Source: Candidatus Bathyarchaeota archaeon (GTDB taxonomy: Archaea; Thermoproteota; Bathyarchaeia; Bathyarchaeales; Bathycorpusculaceae). From it: a DNA stretch of 64,000 nucleotides. Below are positions 46,968 to 58,100 of the stretch, piece by piece. The notes below the pieces were generated by a model. That model was not told the origin of the DNA. It saw only the letters and a program-made list of their open reading frames with translations, and did not search any database. Each line of letters begins with the position of its first letter. Within the stretch, counting starts at the first letter, position 1. A program made the position numbers and the translations under genes. Location of the stretch: the NCBI GenBank assembly GCA_963832745.1, contig CAWHVC010000005.1:384001-448000 (forward strand). The letters run 5' to 3'.

Positions 46968-47102
46968 GAAACCTGTTGAGTAAGAATTTAGCTATTAAGA
47001 CTTTTGCTTCCTAACCATTTTTGAATTATACAGAAAACGTAAAAGCAAGCGTATAGCGGTGGTTAAGAAAAAGTTAAATCAGGTTACCGCTAACGATACT
47101 TT

Positions 47103-48113
47103 ATGTCAAGGGAAAGCTTAGCGGAAAAACTAATAGCTACATTGAACCAGAAAAGCGAAAAAGCCATTGACGCAGCAAAACAGTTAATTTTAGAAGAAAA
47201 ATTTTGTGGGGAAAAAGTTAACCAGACTCTTGAACAGTACACTGCAAAGTGGAGTGATAGCACAAGACCGGGAACGTTGGCTTTAGCGTTTGAAGCCGTA
47301 GGGGGAAACCCGGGTGATGTGGTGCCTCTTCAGACTGCGTTAGTGCTTATTGACGCCACAATGGATGTTCATGACGACATTATTGATGGTTCAATCGCCA
47401 AAAAGAACGTTAGAACGGTTTATGGCAAACTTGGGAAAGAAGCCACTTTGCTTCTGGGCGACGCTTTTATGGTTAAAGGTTTTAGGCAACTAAATAAGGC
47501 CACCGAGAATTTATCGAAAGAAAAAAGACAACAAATTGTAGATGCAGTTAACAGTTTTCTTCTTGAAGTAGTTGACGCACACATCAGCGAAGCACAGTTA
47601 AAGACTAAGAAGTGGAATATAACTCCTGAAACGTACCTGCAAGTTTTAACTGGTAAAGCGGCTGATATTGATGGGCGCATGAAAGTTGGCGCTATTTTTG
47701 GTGGAGGGTCACCAGGTGAGGTTGAAGCTTTGGGCAAGCTTGGAAGAAACCTTGGGGTTTTGCTGGTGATTAGGGCAGAATATGTGGACATGTTTGAGAC
47801 TGATGAGTTATCAAACCGTGTTAAGAATGAATGTTTACCCTTGCCTGTACTCTATGCCATTCAAAACAGGACCGCGAAAGGAAAAATCAAAAAAATCTTG
47901 TTAAAAGAAAAAATTACTCAAAAGGATTGCGAAGCTGTTCTTGAAATTTTGGACAAATCGAAGGAAATGAAAAATCTTAAAGAATATTTAGCAAAAATTG
48001 CTTTTGAATCAAAAATATTGGCAGAAAGTATAAAGGGAATTCAAGCACGAAACGACTTAAACAATTTAATCGCTTCATTGCTTGAAAATCTTATAGTCCT
48101 CTTTAGATGGTAA
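47103..48113 (+). CDS. Polyprenyl-synthase-fold (trans-prenyltransferase-like) protein with degenerate second Asp-rich motif
   Basis: RP, HDDIID (FARM), LLLGDA; SARM position reads IRAEYVD; ECLPLP. Confidence 0.8.
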   Translation: MSRESLAEKLIATLNQKSEKAIDAAKQLILEEKFCGEKVNQTLEQYTAKWSDSTRPGTLALAFEAVGGNPGDVVPLQTALVLIDATMDVHDDIIDGSIAKKNVRTVYGKLGKEATLLLGDAFMVKGFRQLNKATENLSKEKRQQIVDAVNSFLLEVVDAHISEAQLKTKKWNITPETYLQVLTGKAADIDGRMKVGAIFGGGSPGEVEALGKLGRNLGVLLVIRAEYVDMFETDELSNRVKNECLPLPVLYAIQNRTAKGKIKKILLKEKITQKDCEAVLEILDKSKEMKNLKEYLAKIAFESKILAESIKGIQARNDLNNLIASLLENLIVLFRW

Positions 48114-48153
48114 AGCGGACTGGTTTCTTTCTCACTTGTTTAACTGCCTTCAT
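48103..48153 (-). CDS. 16-aa basic peptide MKAVKQVRKKPVRFTI
   Basis: CAGGTGA SD 5 nt before ATG (48159-48165) and AAAGCTTATAT BRE/TATA (48189-48199) on the minus strand; not in the ORF track. Confidence 0.6.
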   Translation of the reverse strand: MKAVKQVRKKPVRFTI

Positions 48154-48295
48154 CCCTTTCACCTGTATATCTGTAGAACGCAGACACAATATAAGCTTTG
48201 TTGTACTACAGACATACAAGTGATAAAAAGCATGCTAAAAATACGTATTTTAGATTCATAAGGTTATAGGGCATGTATGCAATAGCACTACTTAG

Positions 48296-49613
48296 ATGTG
48301 CAAAACAAAACTCACCGATTGGCCAGTACTTTTTCTGGTTGCGAACAGCATATCCTGGTTTAGCCTTACCATGCTTATTATCGGAGATTTTGCTGGAGCA
48401 TATTCAACAAATGAAACATTAACTATTGCAGCAGGCTATTTCGGTGGCCTAATAATATCGGCAACAATAGGCGCCACCATTTTACAAAACAAATTAAGAA
48501 ACAAAGGGTTTTTGGCCTCATGGATTCTCTTTGGTGTTGCAACGTGCATAATATTTTCCCAAGTGGGCTTCACGGACGTTTTAAACATTACTTTAGCCTC
48601 ACTAGTCCTCGGAGTATCAGTGGGTTTAGGAATACCAACATGTTTTTCATTCTTTGCAAATCAAACAAAAATTGAAAACAGGGGAAAAATAGGGGCAATA
48701 CTGTTCTTTCTCATCCAATTTTTCAGTGCCATAATAATTCTTTCACAAACTGACATGGGAATCAGCAATCAATTTTTAATACTTGCATTATGGCGATTGA
48801 TAGGCGCAGTAGGAATCATTAGTTACAAATCACCATTGAATCAACAAAAAGAACCGGCGACATCCATTAGGTCAATCATCAAAGAAAGACCCGTTCTCCT
48901 TTTCTTCCTGCCATGGTTCCTGTTTACCTTAGTGAATTTTATTGAGTCACCAGTAATTGAGACTTATTTTGGTCCAGAACTTTTCAATAGTTCAGTGATA
49001 GCAACCACTTTTATTAGCAGCATTTCAGCGTTCCTTGCCGGAACGCTCTGCGATATCAAAGGTCGAAAAATCACAGGCATAATAGGTTTCGTTCTTTTAG
49101 GCTTAGGTTACGCGTTTCTAAGTTTTCTTAACTGGTCCTGAGAAGATTATTGCACAATATCTGTACATTTTATGCGATGGATTAGCATGGGGCATTCTTT
49201 TTGTTACATTCATTTTTGTCGTGTGGGGAGACTTATCAGAAGGCAAAAACCGTGAAAAATATTATCTTGTGGGCAGCATGCCTTTCCTCTTTTCAGGCAT
49301 GATAGAAATGCTAATTCAACCAATTGCAAAGGACATTGCTATAGGCACAGCATTTTCTCTTGCCAGTTTCTTCTTGTTCTTAGCAATCGTCCCATTGCTT
49401 TATACAACTGAAACTTTGCCTGAAAAAGCCATGAAAGATAGGGACCTTAAGAGTTATCTTGAAAAAGCTCAAAAAGTTGCTGAAAAAGAAGCCGCCAAAA
49501 AACATCATAAAGAAAAATCTAAATCTCAGAAAAAAGAAGAAAAGGAAACTGCTGAGGAAGAGAATTTTAAAGAGTACGAAGAAGCTCAAAAATTGGCAGA
49601 ACAATACTATTAA
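48296..49613 (+). pseudogene. MFS-type transporter interrupted by one +1 frameshift near 49130 (possibly a sequencing error)
   Basis: ENRGKIG and GTLCDIKGRK MFS motifs; after skipping one base the frame continues GPEKIIAQYLYILCDGLAWG...VVWGDL into ORF 49221-49613. Confidence 0.75.
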
Positions 49614-49637
49614 GCACGCGTTACGTAATGGCTTGGC

Positions 49638-50768
49638 ATGTTCTTTCACGTGATACTCACCACGGACTGCAACCTTCAATGTAAATACTGCTTCGGCGAA
49701 TCCCTTGACGATTTTGACGAAGACTTCAGTGACGACTTAACAGTAGACTATTCATTGCCAAGAAAAATCACTTATAACATCAAAATGTTAAAAGAATTTT
49801 GCAGCAAAGACCCCGACTGTGTATTGACGTTTTATGGCGGCGAACCTTTGATGCAGATGGAGCCGCTTAAGCAAATCATGGACAATATTGAACCTAAAAT
49901 GTACATGATGCAAACCAACGGTTTACTTCTTGACAAACTTGAGTCCAAGTACGTTAACCGTTTCCACACCCTGCTTGTCTCAGTTGACGGCGAGGAAGTT
50001 TTAACTGATTATTACCGTGGAGCGGGCACTTTTCGCAAAGTCGTCGATAACCTAAAACTCATAAAACAAAACGGCTTCAAAGGCGAATTAATCGCCAGAG
50101 TCACAGTGATGGAGCAAACAGACATTTACAAACAAATCCGCTGGCTACTTGAAAACAAAGAGTTCCCATTCACTTCGTTACATTGGCAGCTTAACGCTGG
50201 TTTCTGGGGCAACGATTACCAAAGACGCAACTTCAAAGAGTGGTCAGAAACCAACTATATTCCAGGTGTTAGGGCGCTTGTCAAATTCTGGGTTGATACT
50301 ATGGAACAGAAAGGTCAGGTGCTAAAGCTTTACCCAATTTTAGGCGTAGCATACTCAATGCTGCATGATGAAAACGTGAATTTTCTGCGTTGCGGCGGCG
50401 GATGGGTAAATTATGCCATTCAAACAGACGGTTACATTTTGGCTTGTCCAACAATGTGGGGAATGACGCAGCATTACCTGGGACACATCGCTGATGCACA
50501 TCCGCTTAAGCTTGAGAAAGTGTTTGTTAATCAGCCGCCTTGCTCTGAATGTGAAATTCTAAACATGTGCGGTGGCAGATGCTACTACGCCAACGTAACG
50601 CAACGGTGGAGCGTGGATGCTTACAAGGAAGTCTGCAACACAGTCAAAGCCCTTGTTGATGATGTCTCAGTGGAGGTTCCACGCATAAAACAGTTAATAG
50701 CTCAAGAAAAAATCAGCTTAGCAGATTTTGACTTTATCAAATACAACGGCGCTGAAATCATTCCATAA
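49638..50768 (+). CDS. Radical SAM/SPASM protein (resembles AF_0577/TIGR04084 putative peptide-modifying family)
   Basis: CNLQCKYC, FYGGEP, QTNG, SVDG; SPASM CGGG...DGYILACP...CSEC...CGGRC...C; ends AEIIP. Confidence 0.85.
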   Translation: MFFHVILTTDCNLQCKYCFGESLDDFDEDFSDDLTVDYSLPRKITYNIKMLKEFCSKDPDCVLTFYGGEPLMQMEPLKQIMDNIEPKMYMMQTNGLLLDKLESKYVNRFHTLLVSVDGEEVLTDYYRGAGTFRKVVDNLKLIKQNGFKGELIARVTVMEQTDIYKQIRWLLENKEFPFTSLHWQLNAGFWGNDYQRRNFKEWSETNYIPGVRALVKFWVDTMEQKGQVLKLYPILGVAYSMLHDENVNFLRCGGGWVNYAIQTDGYILACPTMWGMTQHYLGHIADAHPLKLEKVFVNQPPCSECEILNMCGGRCYYANVTQRWSVDAYKEVCNTVKALVDDVSVEVPRIKQLIAQEKISLADFDFIKYNGAEIIP

Positions 50769-50817
50769 ATAACCCTTTTTTATGAATTGCAACCCATTTT
50801 TCGAGTTTTAGAAATAG

Positions 50818-53163
50818 TCAAGTTTGGGGTAGCTGGGGTTGTTCAGGATTAAGCGGAATTTTAACGGTCACAGTTGTTCCTTGTCCAAGTGTGCTGTCAA
50901 TCAAGAGCTTGCCGCCGTGAGCTTCCACGATACGTTTGCAGATGGGTATCCCGAAACCCATGCCCTTAGCTTTTGTTGTAAACAAGGGGTTACCCAGCTT
51001 CTGCAACGTTTCTTTAGTCATGCCCTCGCCGGAATCAGTGAAAGCTACAACCCAGTTTTTCCTAGTCTGTTTGCTGATTATTGTTAGGTTTCCTCCTTTT
51101 GGCATAGCATCAAAAGCGTTCTTGAGGATGTTTAAAAAGACGCGAAGCATTTTTGCCGAGTCAAATTTTACTGGAGCATCATTTGAGGCTTGATGGACAA
51201 CTTTGATGTTCTGCGGTACCTGAATTGTTGATAAAGTGTAAGTGAAGAATATTGACGGATTGTTCTCGGTTAAGTCTACCTTGACAGTTCTTGAGTATTC
51301 CAGCAGGTCGTTCACGATTTTGTTTGATTGATCTATGCAGTCATCGATTAAGTCAAGCATTTCCTTGGTTTTAGGGTTAGAATCATTTCTTGTTTTTCCC
51401 TTCAAATAGTATGTTGCAGCTTTCATGCCCGTTAATGGGTTACGCAAGTCATGACCCACCATCGCGGCTAATTCGCCGATGGCTGCGAGCCTTTCCGTTT
51501 TTACCAGTTTTTCTTGTGTTTCTTTAAGCTGCTTTGTTCTCGCCTCAACTAGCCGTTCCAGTTTTGTTGAATGTTGGCTTTCCAGTCGCCTTTTTTCGGT
51601 TACATCTACAGCTAACTCTAACGCAGACATAATCTTGCCGTTTTCATCTTTAATCGGGGTTACAATAAGTTCTGTGCATCTTTGTTCGCCCTTCTTGTTG
51701 ATGAAGTAGTAATCGTGACGATTTACTGATTCGAGGTTATCAAAAATCTTTTGAACACCACAGCCATCACATACGCCTTGTTCATTGTTAAATATTGTAT
51801 AGCAAAGCTGATTTTGGATAGACTCATTCCGTAATCCCCGCATAAGCTTGTTAGCCCATAATATCCGGTAATCTCTACTAATGATGGCAAGGCCTGCATC
51901 AATGTTTTCTGTAATTGTTTCAAGAAGGTCACGTTCCTGTTTTAGGGACTCTTCCATTTTTTTACGGTTAGAAACGTCATGAACGACACCTGCAACGTAT
52001 TTTTTGTCTTTAAGCTGAAGACTAGTTGCTGACAATTCAGCTGGGAAAAAGGTTTTGTCTTTTCTAACAGCGGTAACTTCGAGAGCTTTGTTACTTTTCT
52101 GTTTGTTTTTAGCAAGTTTCTTAAGGCAAAACTTGTGATCTTCCCGGTTTTCGGCTGGAATAACTAAGTCACTTAACCTTTTTCCAATTGCCTCTTGTAT
52201 GGGGTAACCAAACATTTTTTCAGCTGATGGATTCCAATAAACAATTTTATCGTCTTCGTCAACTAAAATTAATGCATCAATCGCTGTTGTGGCTATGGCG
52301 CGGAATTTTTCTTCACTTGCGATTAAATCGTCTTCAAGCTTTTTACGTTCAGAAATATTTTTAGTGTTAACCACAAACCCAATTATTTTCCCGTTTCTAT
52401 TTACTGGGTTTGAATTAATTTCTGCAGGGAACTCTTGGCCAGCTTTATTTGTTAAGGTGTATATTTCTGTTTTAAGAATGCCAGTTTTAATAATTTTTTC
52501 TAAGGCATACTTAACCCGTTTTTGTTCTCTTTCCGGTACGTGCTTGAAAATATTCAGGTTAATTGCTTCGTCTCTAGATGAGTAACCAAAAAGTTTCATG
52601 GCGCCCATATTATAATCTAACAATCGACCATCAGGTGTAATAAATGATATAGCATCAGGCGATGATTCGAAAATAGTCCGCATCTTTTCAGCGCTTTCTT
52701 GGATTTCACGTACTTTTTCGTTAACTAAAGAGGCAAGTCTTTGAGAGTCTTCCTTTAATTTTTGCTCAACAAGTATCCTGTTAGTTATATCTCTAAGAAT
52801 GATTAAAACAGATGATTGATAACCGAAGAAATTAATTTTTTTAGCGTTTAACTCAAAGTATCTTTTCGTATTATCTGCAGATTTTATACTTATCTCGTAC
52901 GGGGGAACTTCAATATCTAAAAGTCTTTTTTCCAGATTTTCTTTTACTAAAGCTAAATCTTCAATCATCAAATTATCAGTTACAAAAGAGCTTTTACCAG
53001 TCCATTCATCATTTCGGTGGCCTGTAACTTTTTCGAATGCATGATTTATCAGCAAATAGTTGCCTTTTTCGTCAATTATTGCTGCTGGGTCGGCGATAAA
53101 GTTTAGCAACAAGAGAAAGTTATCTATTGCATGTTCAGCGTTTGTATCCTGCATGCTTTTCAC
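50818..53163 (-). CDS. Cytoplasmic multi-PAS histidine kinase
   Basis: Four PAS/PAC repeats; GHDLRNPL H-box, NILKNAFDA, DSGEG, FTTK, GMGFG. Confidence 0.92.
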   Translation of the reverse strand: MKSMQDTNAEHAIDNFLLLLNFIADPAAIIDEKGNYLLINHAFEKVTGHRNDEWTGKSSFVTDNLMIEDLALVKENLEKRLLDIEVPPYEISIKSADNTKRYFELNAKKINFFGYQSSVLIILRDITNRILVEQKLKEDSQRLASLVNEKVREIQESAEKMRTIFESSPDAISFITPDGRLLDYNMGAMKLFGYSSRDEAINLNIFKHVPEREQKRVKYALEKIIKTGILKTEIYTLTNKAGQEFPAEINSNPVNRNGKIIGFVVNTKNISERKKLEDDLIASEEKFRAIATTAIDALILVDEDDKIVYWNPSAEKMFGYPIQEAIGKRLSDLVIPAENREDHKFCLKKLAKNKQKSNKALEVTAVRKDKTFFPAELSATSLQLKDKKYVAGVVHDVSNRKKMEESLKQERDLLETITENIDAGLAIISRDYRILWANKLMRGLRNESIQNQLCYTIFNNEQGVCDGCGVQKIFDNLESVNRHDYYFINKKGEQRCTELIVTPIKDENGKIMSALELAVDVTEKRRLESQHSTKLERLVEARTKQLKETQEKLVKTERLAAIGELAAMVGHDLRNPLTGMKAATYYLKGKTRNDSNPKTKEMLDLIDDCIDQSNKIVNDLLEYSRTVKVDLTENNPSIFFTYTLSTIQVPQNIKVVHQASNDAPVKFDSAKMLRVFLNILKNAFDAMPKGGNLTIISKQTRKNWVVAFTDSGEGMTKETLQKLGNPLFTTKAKGMGFGIPICKRIVEAHGGKLLIDSTLGQGTTVTVKIPLNPEQPQLPQT

Positions 53164-53285
53164 CGATATTTACCCAAGGAAGTTCAAGTATGCTAACTCG
53201 GTGATACTAAAAGGGTTTTATGAAAGCATAATACACATTACCAATTTAGTCCGCAAGAGCAGACGGCGGGTTAAAGGTAAGGTTA

Positions 53286-53567
53286 TCAAAGTTTTTTGTA
53301 AACCACATCGCGTTCGCGGGCTTGTTGCGACAGTTTTAACCCGATGCTTTGTCCAGCTTGAGCTCGCGAAATGCTTTTTCGGTCTATCTGTATTGAATCG
53401 ACCGTTTGGTCGAAATCTGTTAATGGCCCCTTGATTGATATTCGGTCTCCCACGGATAAAGGCAGTTTCAAATCGACAACTGCTAAGTTGATTTTTGTGG
53501 AAAAATGCGCTACACTTCCAATTTCAATAACGTCCTCTTCCATTTTTGACCCATCAGCCTCTGGCAT
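53286..53567 (-). CDS. Small beta-barrel protein (EF-Tu domain II / U32 C-terminal-like)
   Basis: IGSVAHF...LSVGDRI...VDSIQID...AQAGQSIGLK...ARERDVVY. Confidence 0.75.
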   Translation of the reverse strand: MPEADGSKMEEDVIEIGSVAHFSTKINLAVVDLKLPLSVGDRISIKGPLTDFDQTVDSIQIDRKSISRAQAGQSIGLKLSQQARERDVVYKKL

Positions 53568-53750
53568 ATTCCTACAGTTGATTAAGAATAAAAGATTTAC
53601 CACACTTATCAAACAGGAAAAGGCTTTTTTTAGTTTGATTCAAAAAATTAAACTGTATAACAGTTTCACAAAAAATGTGCAGAAAGATGAAAAACCATAA
53701 CAACCTGGTAAAACGAATGATTTAGCATATGCAGCATATGCTCCAGAAAT

Positions 53751-53924
53751 TTACCAACCTGCTGTCGCGTCGTCTCCTGTTTGTTCCAAGGCTTTCTTGT
53801 CTTCCTCACTTACATCAGGAGGAACATCAACTCGGTGACCTCCTTCCTCAAAGATTTCCCGCTTCTTTTTCTTGCGTTCAATTGTAATTTGCCCTTTCTT
53901 AGTCTCGTCAGATAAACCCGGCAC
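53751..53924 (-). CDS. Small charged hypothetical protein
   Basis: Frame VPGLSDETKKGQITIERKKKKREIFEEGG...TAGW; start uncertain. Confidence 0.45.
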   Translation of the reverse strand: MPGLSDETKKGQITIERKKKKREIFEEGGHRVDVPPDVSEEDKKALEQTGDDATAGW

Positions 53925-53965
53925 CCCCAGAGAAAGTAATAACAAAGCAAAAATGGAGGAGGAAC

Positions 53966-54178
53966 TTATTTTTTGAGTGTAACACGCACGGACCATTCAA
54001 GCTTATCAATTAATTCGGAAGCATCTTCGTTAATAGCGTTATTTTTCAGGTAATCAGCAAGTGCATCTTCTACTTTGTTCCAGACGTTCTCAGTATCCAA
54101 CTCCTCCACAAGTGTTCGTCCAACATTTTCGCAGATTTCTGTTCCCTGCCTATCACTAATATTTACGGTTTCCAACAT
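53966..54178 (-). CDS. Small acidic hypothetical protein
   Basis: Strong GAGGTGA SD; 70-aa protein-like frame. Confidence 0.7.
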   Translation of the reverse strand: MLETVNISDRQGTEICENVGRTLVEELDTENVWNKVEDALADYLKNNAINEDASELIDKLEWSVRVTLKK

Positions 54179-54384
54179 TTTTCACCTCATCAAATAGCAG
54201 AAAAGCTCCATAATTAATCTGCGTGACTGTAAAGCATCAGCAACAAAATTTTGTTTTTAGCTTGATTTTTAGCCGTTAGGACCTGCACTTCTTAGGTTTA
54301 TGCAATGAGTTTCTAATAGGATCCAAATAGACTGGTGATTTCTCTGCAGATTAGGAAGAGTTGAATAGATGCTTTCTTTGCAGC

Positions 54385-54990
54385 TTATTCGTGGGTTTTA
54401 TTGTTTTTGAGCATTTTTATGCTAATGATGATTACCCAGATGGAGCCGGTTAAGCCTGAAATGGTTTCTGGGATGGCTACGTTGGGAACATAGTGTATGG
54501 TGTAGTAGAGAATCCATGGTGCCGCAGCAACGAAAGAGGCAACCAATGTGAAGACTGCTAATCCAACCTTGCGCCTCAGATACAATGCCGCGGTTATAAC
54601 CCAAAAAGCAATCGGCAAAGTAACAAAAAACAACACTGAAACAATGTAATGTATGGGACGAAAACTTTCGTTAAATATGCCAATCGCCATCAACCAAATG
54701 GTTGCAACTGCAAAAACCATAGCTCCAGCTCTTCCAACATTGGAGCCTTTGAAATAACTAAATAAGCCCATGACGGCAAAAAGGAATCCTAACAAGCCCG
54801 CCGTGAAAAGGCCTGAGTTGAAAACGGGACCAGTTATGCCAGCTACGACGCCTAAATCGCTTAAAGCGTTATTGACCCAGCTAAATTCTGCGTAAGAAAT
54901 AATCGCTATACCAATGCAAGTGAATGCAACTATAGGTACCGCTAAACCGCAGGCTGCACCTATTTTCTTCAAGACTATCTGAGTTGACAT
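54385..54990 (-). CDS. DUF998-like membrane protein
   Basis: FSWVNNALSDLG, FNSGL, IGIFNE, H; AIPE. Confidence 0.8.
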   Translation of the reverse strand: MSTQIVLKKIGAACGLAVPIVAFTCIGIAIISYAEFSWVNNALSDLGVVAGITGPVFNSGLFTAGLLGFLFAVMGLFSYFKGSNVGRAGAMVFAVATIWLMAIGIFNESFRPIHYIVSVLFFVTLPIAFWVITAALYLRRKVGLAVFTLVASFVAAAPWILYYTIHYVPNVAIPETISGLTGSIWVIIISIKMLKNNKTHE

Positions 54991-55173
54991 GAAGGTTCCT
55001 TGTTTGTGGTATCAGCGTTTAGGGTTTTAAGCGTTTGCGTTTATTCTCAAGCCAAACCTCAACGCACCAGTTTCTTTTTGTATTATTTTATAGATTATTT
55101 TTTCACTTTTTTGTGGTTAATTTTAAATTACGCGATAATAACTTAAAGAGGAATTGAGAGGGGAAAATATTCA

Positions 55174-58100
55174 ATGGCAAAAGAAGCGAATAGCCTACGT
55201 CGGTTTGGAGTCGACCTTGTAGGAGCAATTCCGTGGGGAACCCATCTTTGCCAGTTTTACGTTTCAAAACAGGATTTAATCGATATTTTAGTTCCATATT
55301 TTGCTGAAGGCTTACGAAGTAACGAGTTTTGTATGTGGGTTACTTCTTTGCCGCTTGAGGTTGAAGAAGCAAAAACGGCTCTCAAAGAGCGAGTTCCCGA
55401 TTTAGAAGATTACATCAAAAAAGGGCAAATCGAAATAATCAGTTATGACCACTGGTACTTGATAGATAGCCAGTTTGGTTCAAAGCAAATCTTGCAAAAC
55501 TGGGTAAATAAAGAAAAAACTGCAATCGAACAGGGTTTTGAAGGGTTACGGTTATCTGGAAACACGTTTTGGGTTGAGCATGATTTATGGGAAAGCTTTA
55601 CCGATTACGAACATGACGTCAACTCAGTACTAAAACAGCATAAAATTATTGCGTTGTGCACTTACGGCTTAAACCACTGCACAGGAACAGACGTTTTAGA
55701 TGTTTTACGTAACCACATAGGCACTTTAGTTAAGCATAATGAAAGATGGTTAATGCTTGAAGATGCCTCAAGACGCAAAGCGGTAAACGGTGCCCTAAAA
55801 GTTAGCAAACAAAAATACAGTACATTATTTCAAAACATGGCAAGCGGTTTTGCGTACCACAAAGTAATCTACGACTCTAACGGTAAGCCGATTGATTATG
55901 TTTTTCTTGAAATTAATGATACTTTTGAAAAAATGACAGGGCTTAGACGGGAAAAAATTATAGGCAGACCCGTAACTGATGTTCTTTTGGGAATCCAAAA
56001 TGACCCTGCTGATTGGATAGGAAAATACGGAAATGTAGCTTCCACTGGTTGCACTGCAAAGTTTGAAGACTACAATCAAGCTTTAGACAAATGGTTTTCG
56101 GTTTCAGCTTTTAGTCCAGAAAAAGGCTATTTTATTGCTACATTTGAGGATATTACTAACCACAAAAAAGCTGAAGAAGCGATAAAAGAAAATGAGGCAA
56201 GACTCAAAAAATTAAACCGCACCTTAAGAGCCATTAGCAACAGCAACCAAGCCATCATGCGAGCCACCGATGAAGAATCATTCATGAAGGAAGCTTGTAG
56301 AATTGTAGTTGAAGATTGCGGCTACAAGATGGTTTGGGTAGGCCTTGCATTAGAAGACACAGCAAAAAATGTTAAGCCCGTTGCTTTTTCAGGTTTTGAT
56401 AAAACCTACTTAGATTCTTTAAAGATTACTTGGGCAGACACTGAACGCGGACAAGGCCCCACGGGAAGAGCTGTCCGAACTGGTCAACCCCAGTTTTGTC
56501 AAAGCATGGCAAACGATGTACTATTCAAGCCTTGGCGTGAAGAAGCCCTAAAACGTGGGTACGCCTCATCCGCCGCTTTACCCTTGAAAATAGGCGGCAA
56601 AGTAATTGGCGTATTAACATTATACTCAACAGAACCCACAGTATGCTCCGATGAAGAAATTAAGCTTCTTACCGAGCTGGCAAGTGACTTTTCACAAGGA
56701 ATGAAAATTCTGCGTATCCGCAAAGAAAAAGAACAAGCCGAAATTGATATTCAACGACAAGCGGCGCTTCTTGATTTAAGTCCCGATGCCATTTTTGTCC
56801 GCAAGTTAGATGGCACAATTACTTTCTGGAGCAAAGGCGCGGAAAAGAGCTACGGTTGGACAAAAGAAGAAGCGATAGGGCAAAACTCGCATTCTATCCT
56901 TAAAACCAAATTTCCGCAACCATATGATGAAATAATTGCTCAAGTTAAACATACTGGAAAATGGTCAGGTGAACTTTTACACACTGCCAAAGATGGCAGG
57001 CAATTAACGCTTCAAAGTTTTTGGCAAGCAATATTTGACCTTAACGGGGAAATCGCTGAACTCTTAGAATCTAACTTGGACATTACTGAACGTAAACAGT
57101 TTGAGCAGGCACTTGAAAGAGCCAAAGTCGATTGGGAACGCACTTTTAACAGTGTACCTGACCTGATTGCTATTCTTGATGATAAACATAGGATTGTACG
57201 TGCTAACAAAGCTATGGCGCAAGTGTTAGGAACAGACCCAGAAAACTGTGCTGGACTTAACTGCTTTGAATGTGTACATGGTCAAGACGCTCCTCCCTCG
57301 TTCTGTCCACATACATTGGCAATGATGGATGGACAAGAACACACAGCGGAAGTGCATGAAAAACGACTCGGTGGCGACTTTATCGTTAGTGCTACACCAC
57401 TTAAAGATGAACACGGTCACATACTTGGTTCAGTGCATGTTGCCCGCAACATTACGTTACGTAAACAGATGGAAGATAAGCTTGAAGAATACTCAAAAGA
57501 GCTTGAACATTTAGTTGAGGAACGGACTAAACAGCTTAGGGATTCTGAACGGTTAGCAACTATTGGTGCTACAGCAGGTATGGTTGGGCATGATATTCGT
57601 AATCCTCTGCAGGCTATTGCTAGCAGTTTGTATTTGGCAAAAACTGATTTAGACGCACTTTCAGAGGGTAAAGACAAAGAAGCCATAGTGGAGAGTCTAA
57701 CAGAGATTGAAAAGAACGTTGATTACATTAACAAAATAGTAGTTGACCTTCAAGATTTCGCTAAACCTCTTAAACCCCTTCTTGCGAGCATTGACTTGTC
57801 TATGATTGTTCAAGATGTTATAAAAAGCCGTGTGTTTCCAGAAAACATCATCGTTACTACTTCGGTGGATTCTCAAGCGAACTGTTTTGTCGCTGACGCA
57901 ACATATGTTCGACGTATACTAAGCAACCTTGTAAATAATGCTATGCAAGCAATGTCTAACGGTGGAAACTTAACCATAAGAGCTACCTGTGAAAAAGGTA
58001 ACGTTGTAATTAATGTGCAAGACACGGGCATGGGTATTCCTGAAGAGGCAAAAGGCAAACTATTCACACCCCTGTTTACAACAAAATCAAAGGGTCAAGG

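Noticed and set aside
49139-49141. Selenocysteine or stop read-through at the MFS TGA
   Set aside because: The continuation is in a different frame, so this is a frameshift and not recoding
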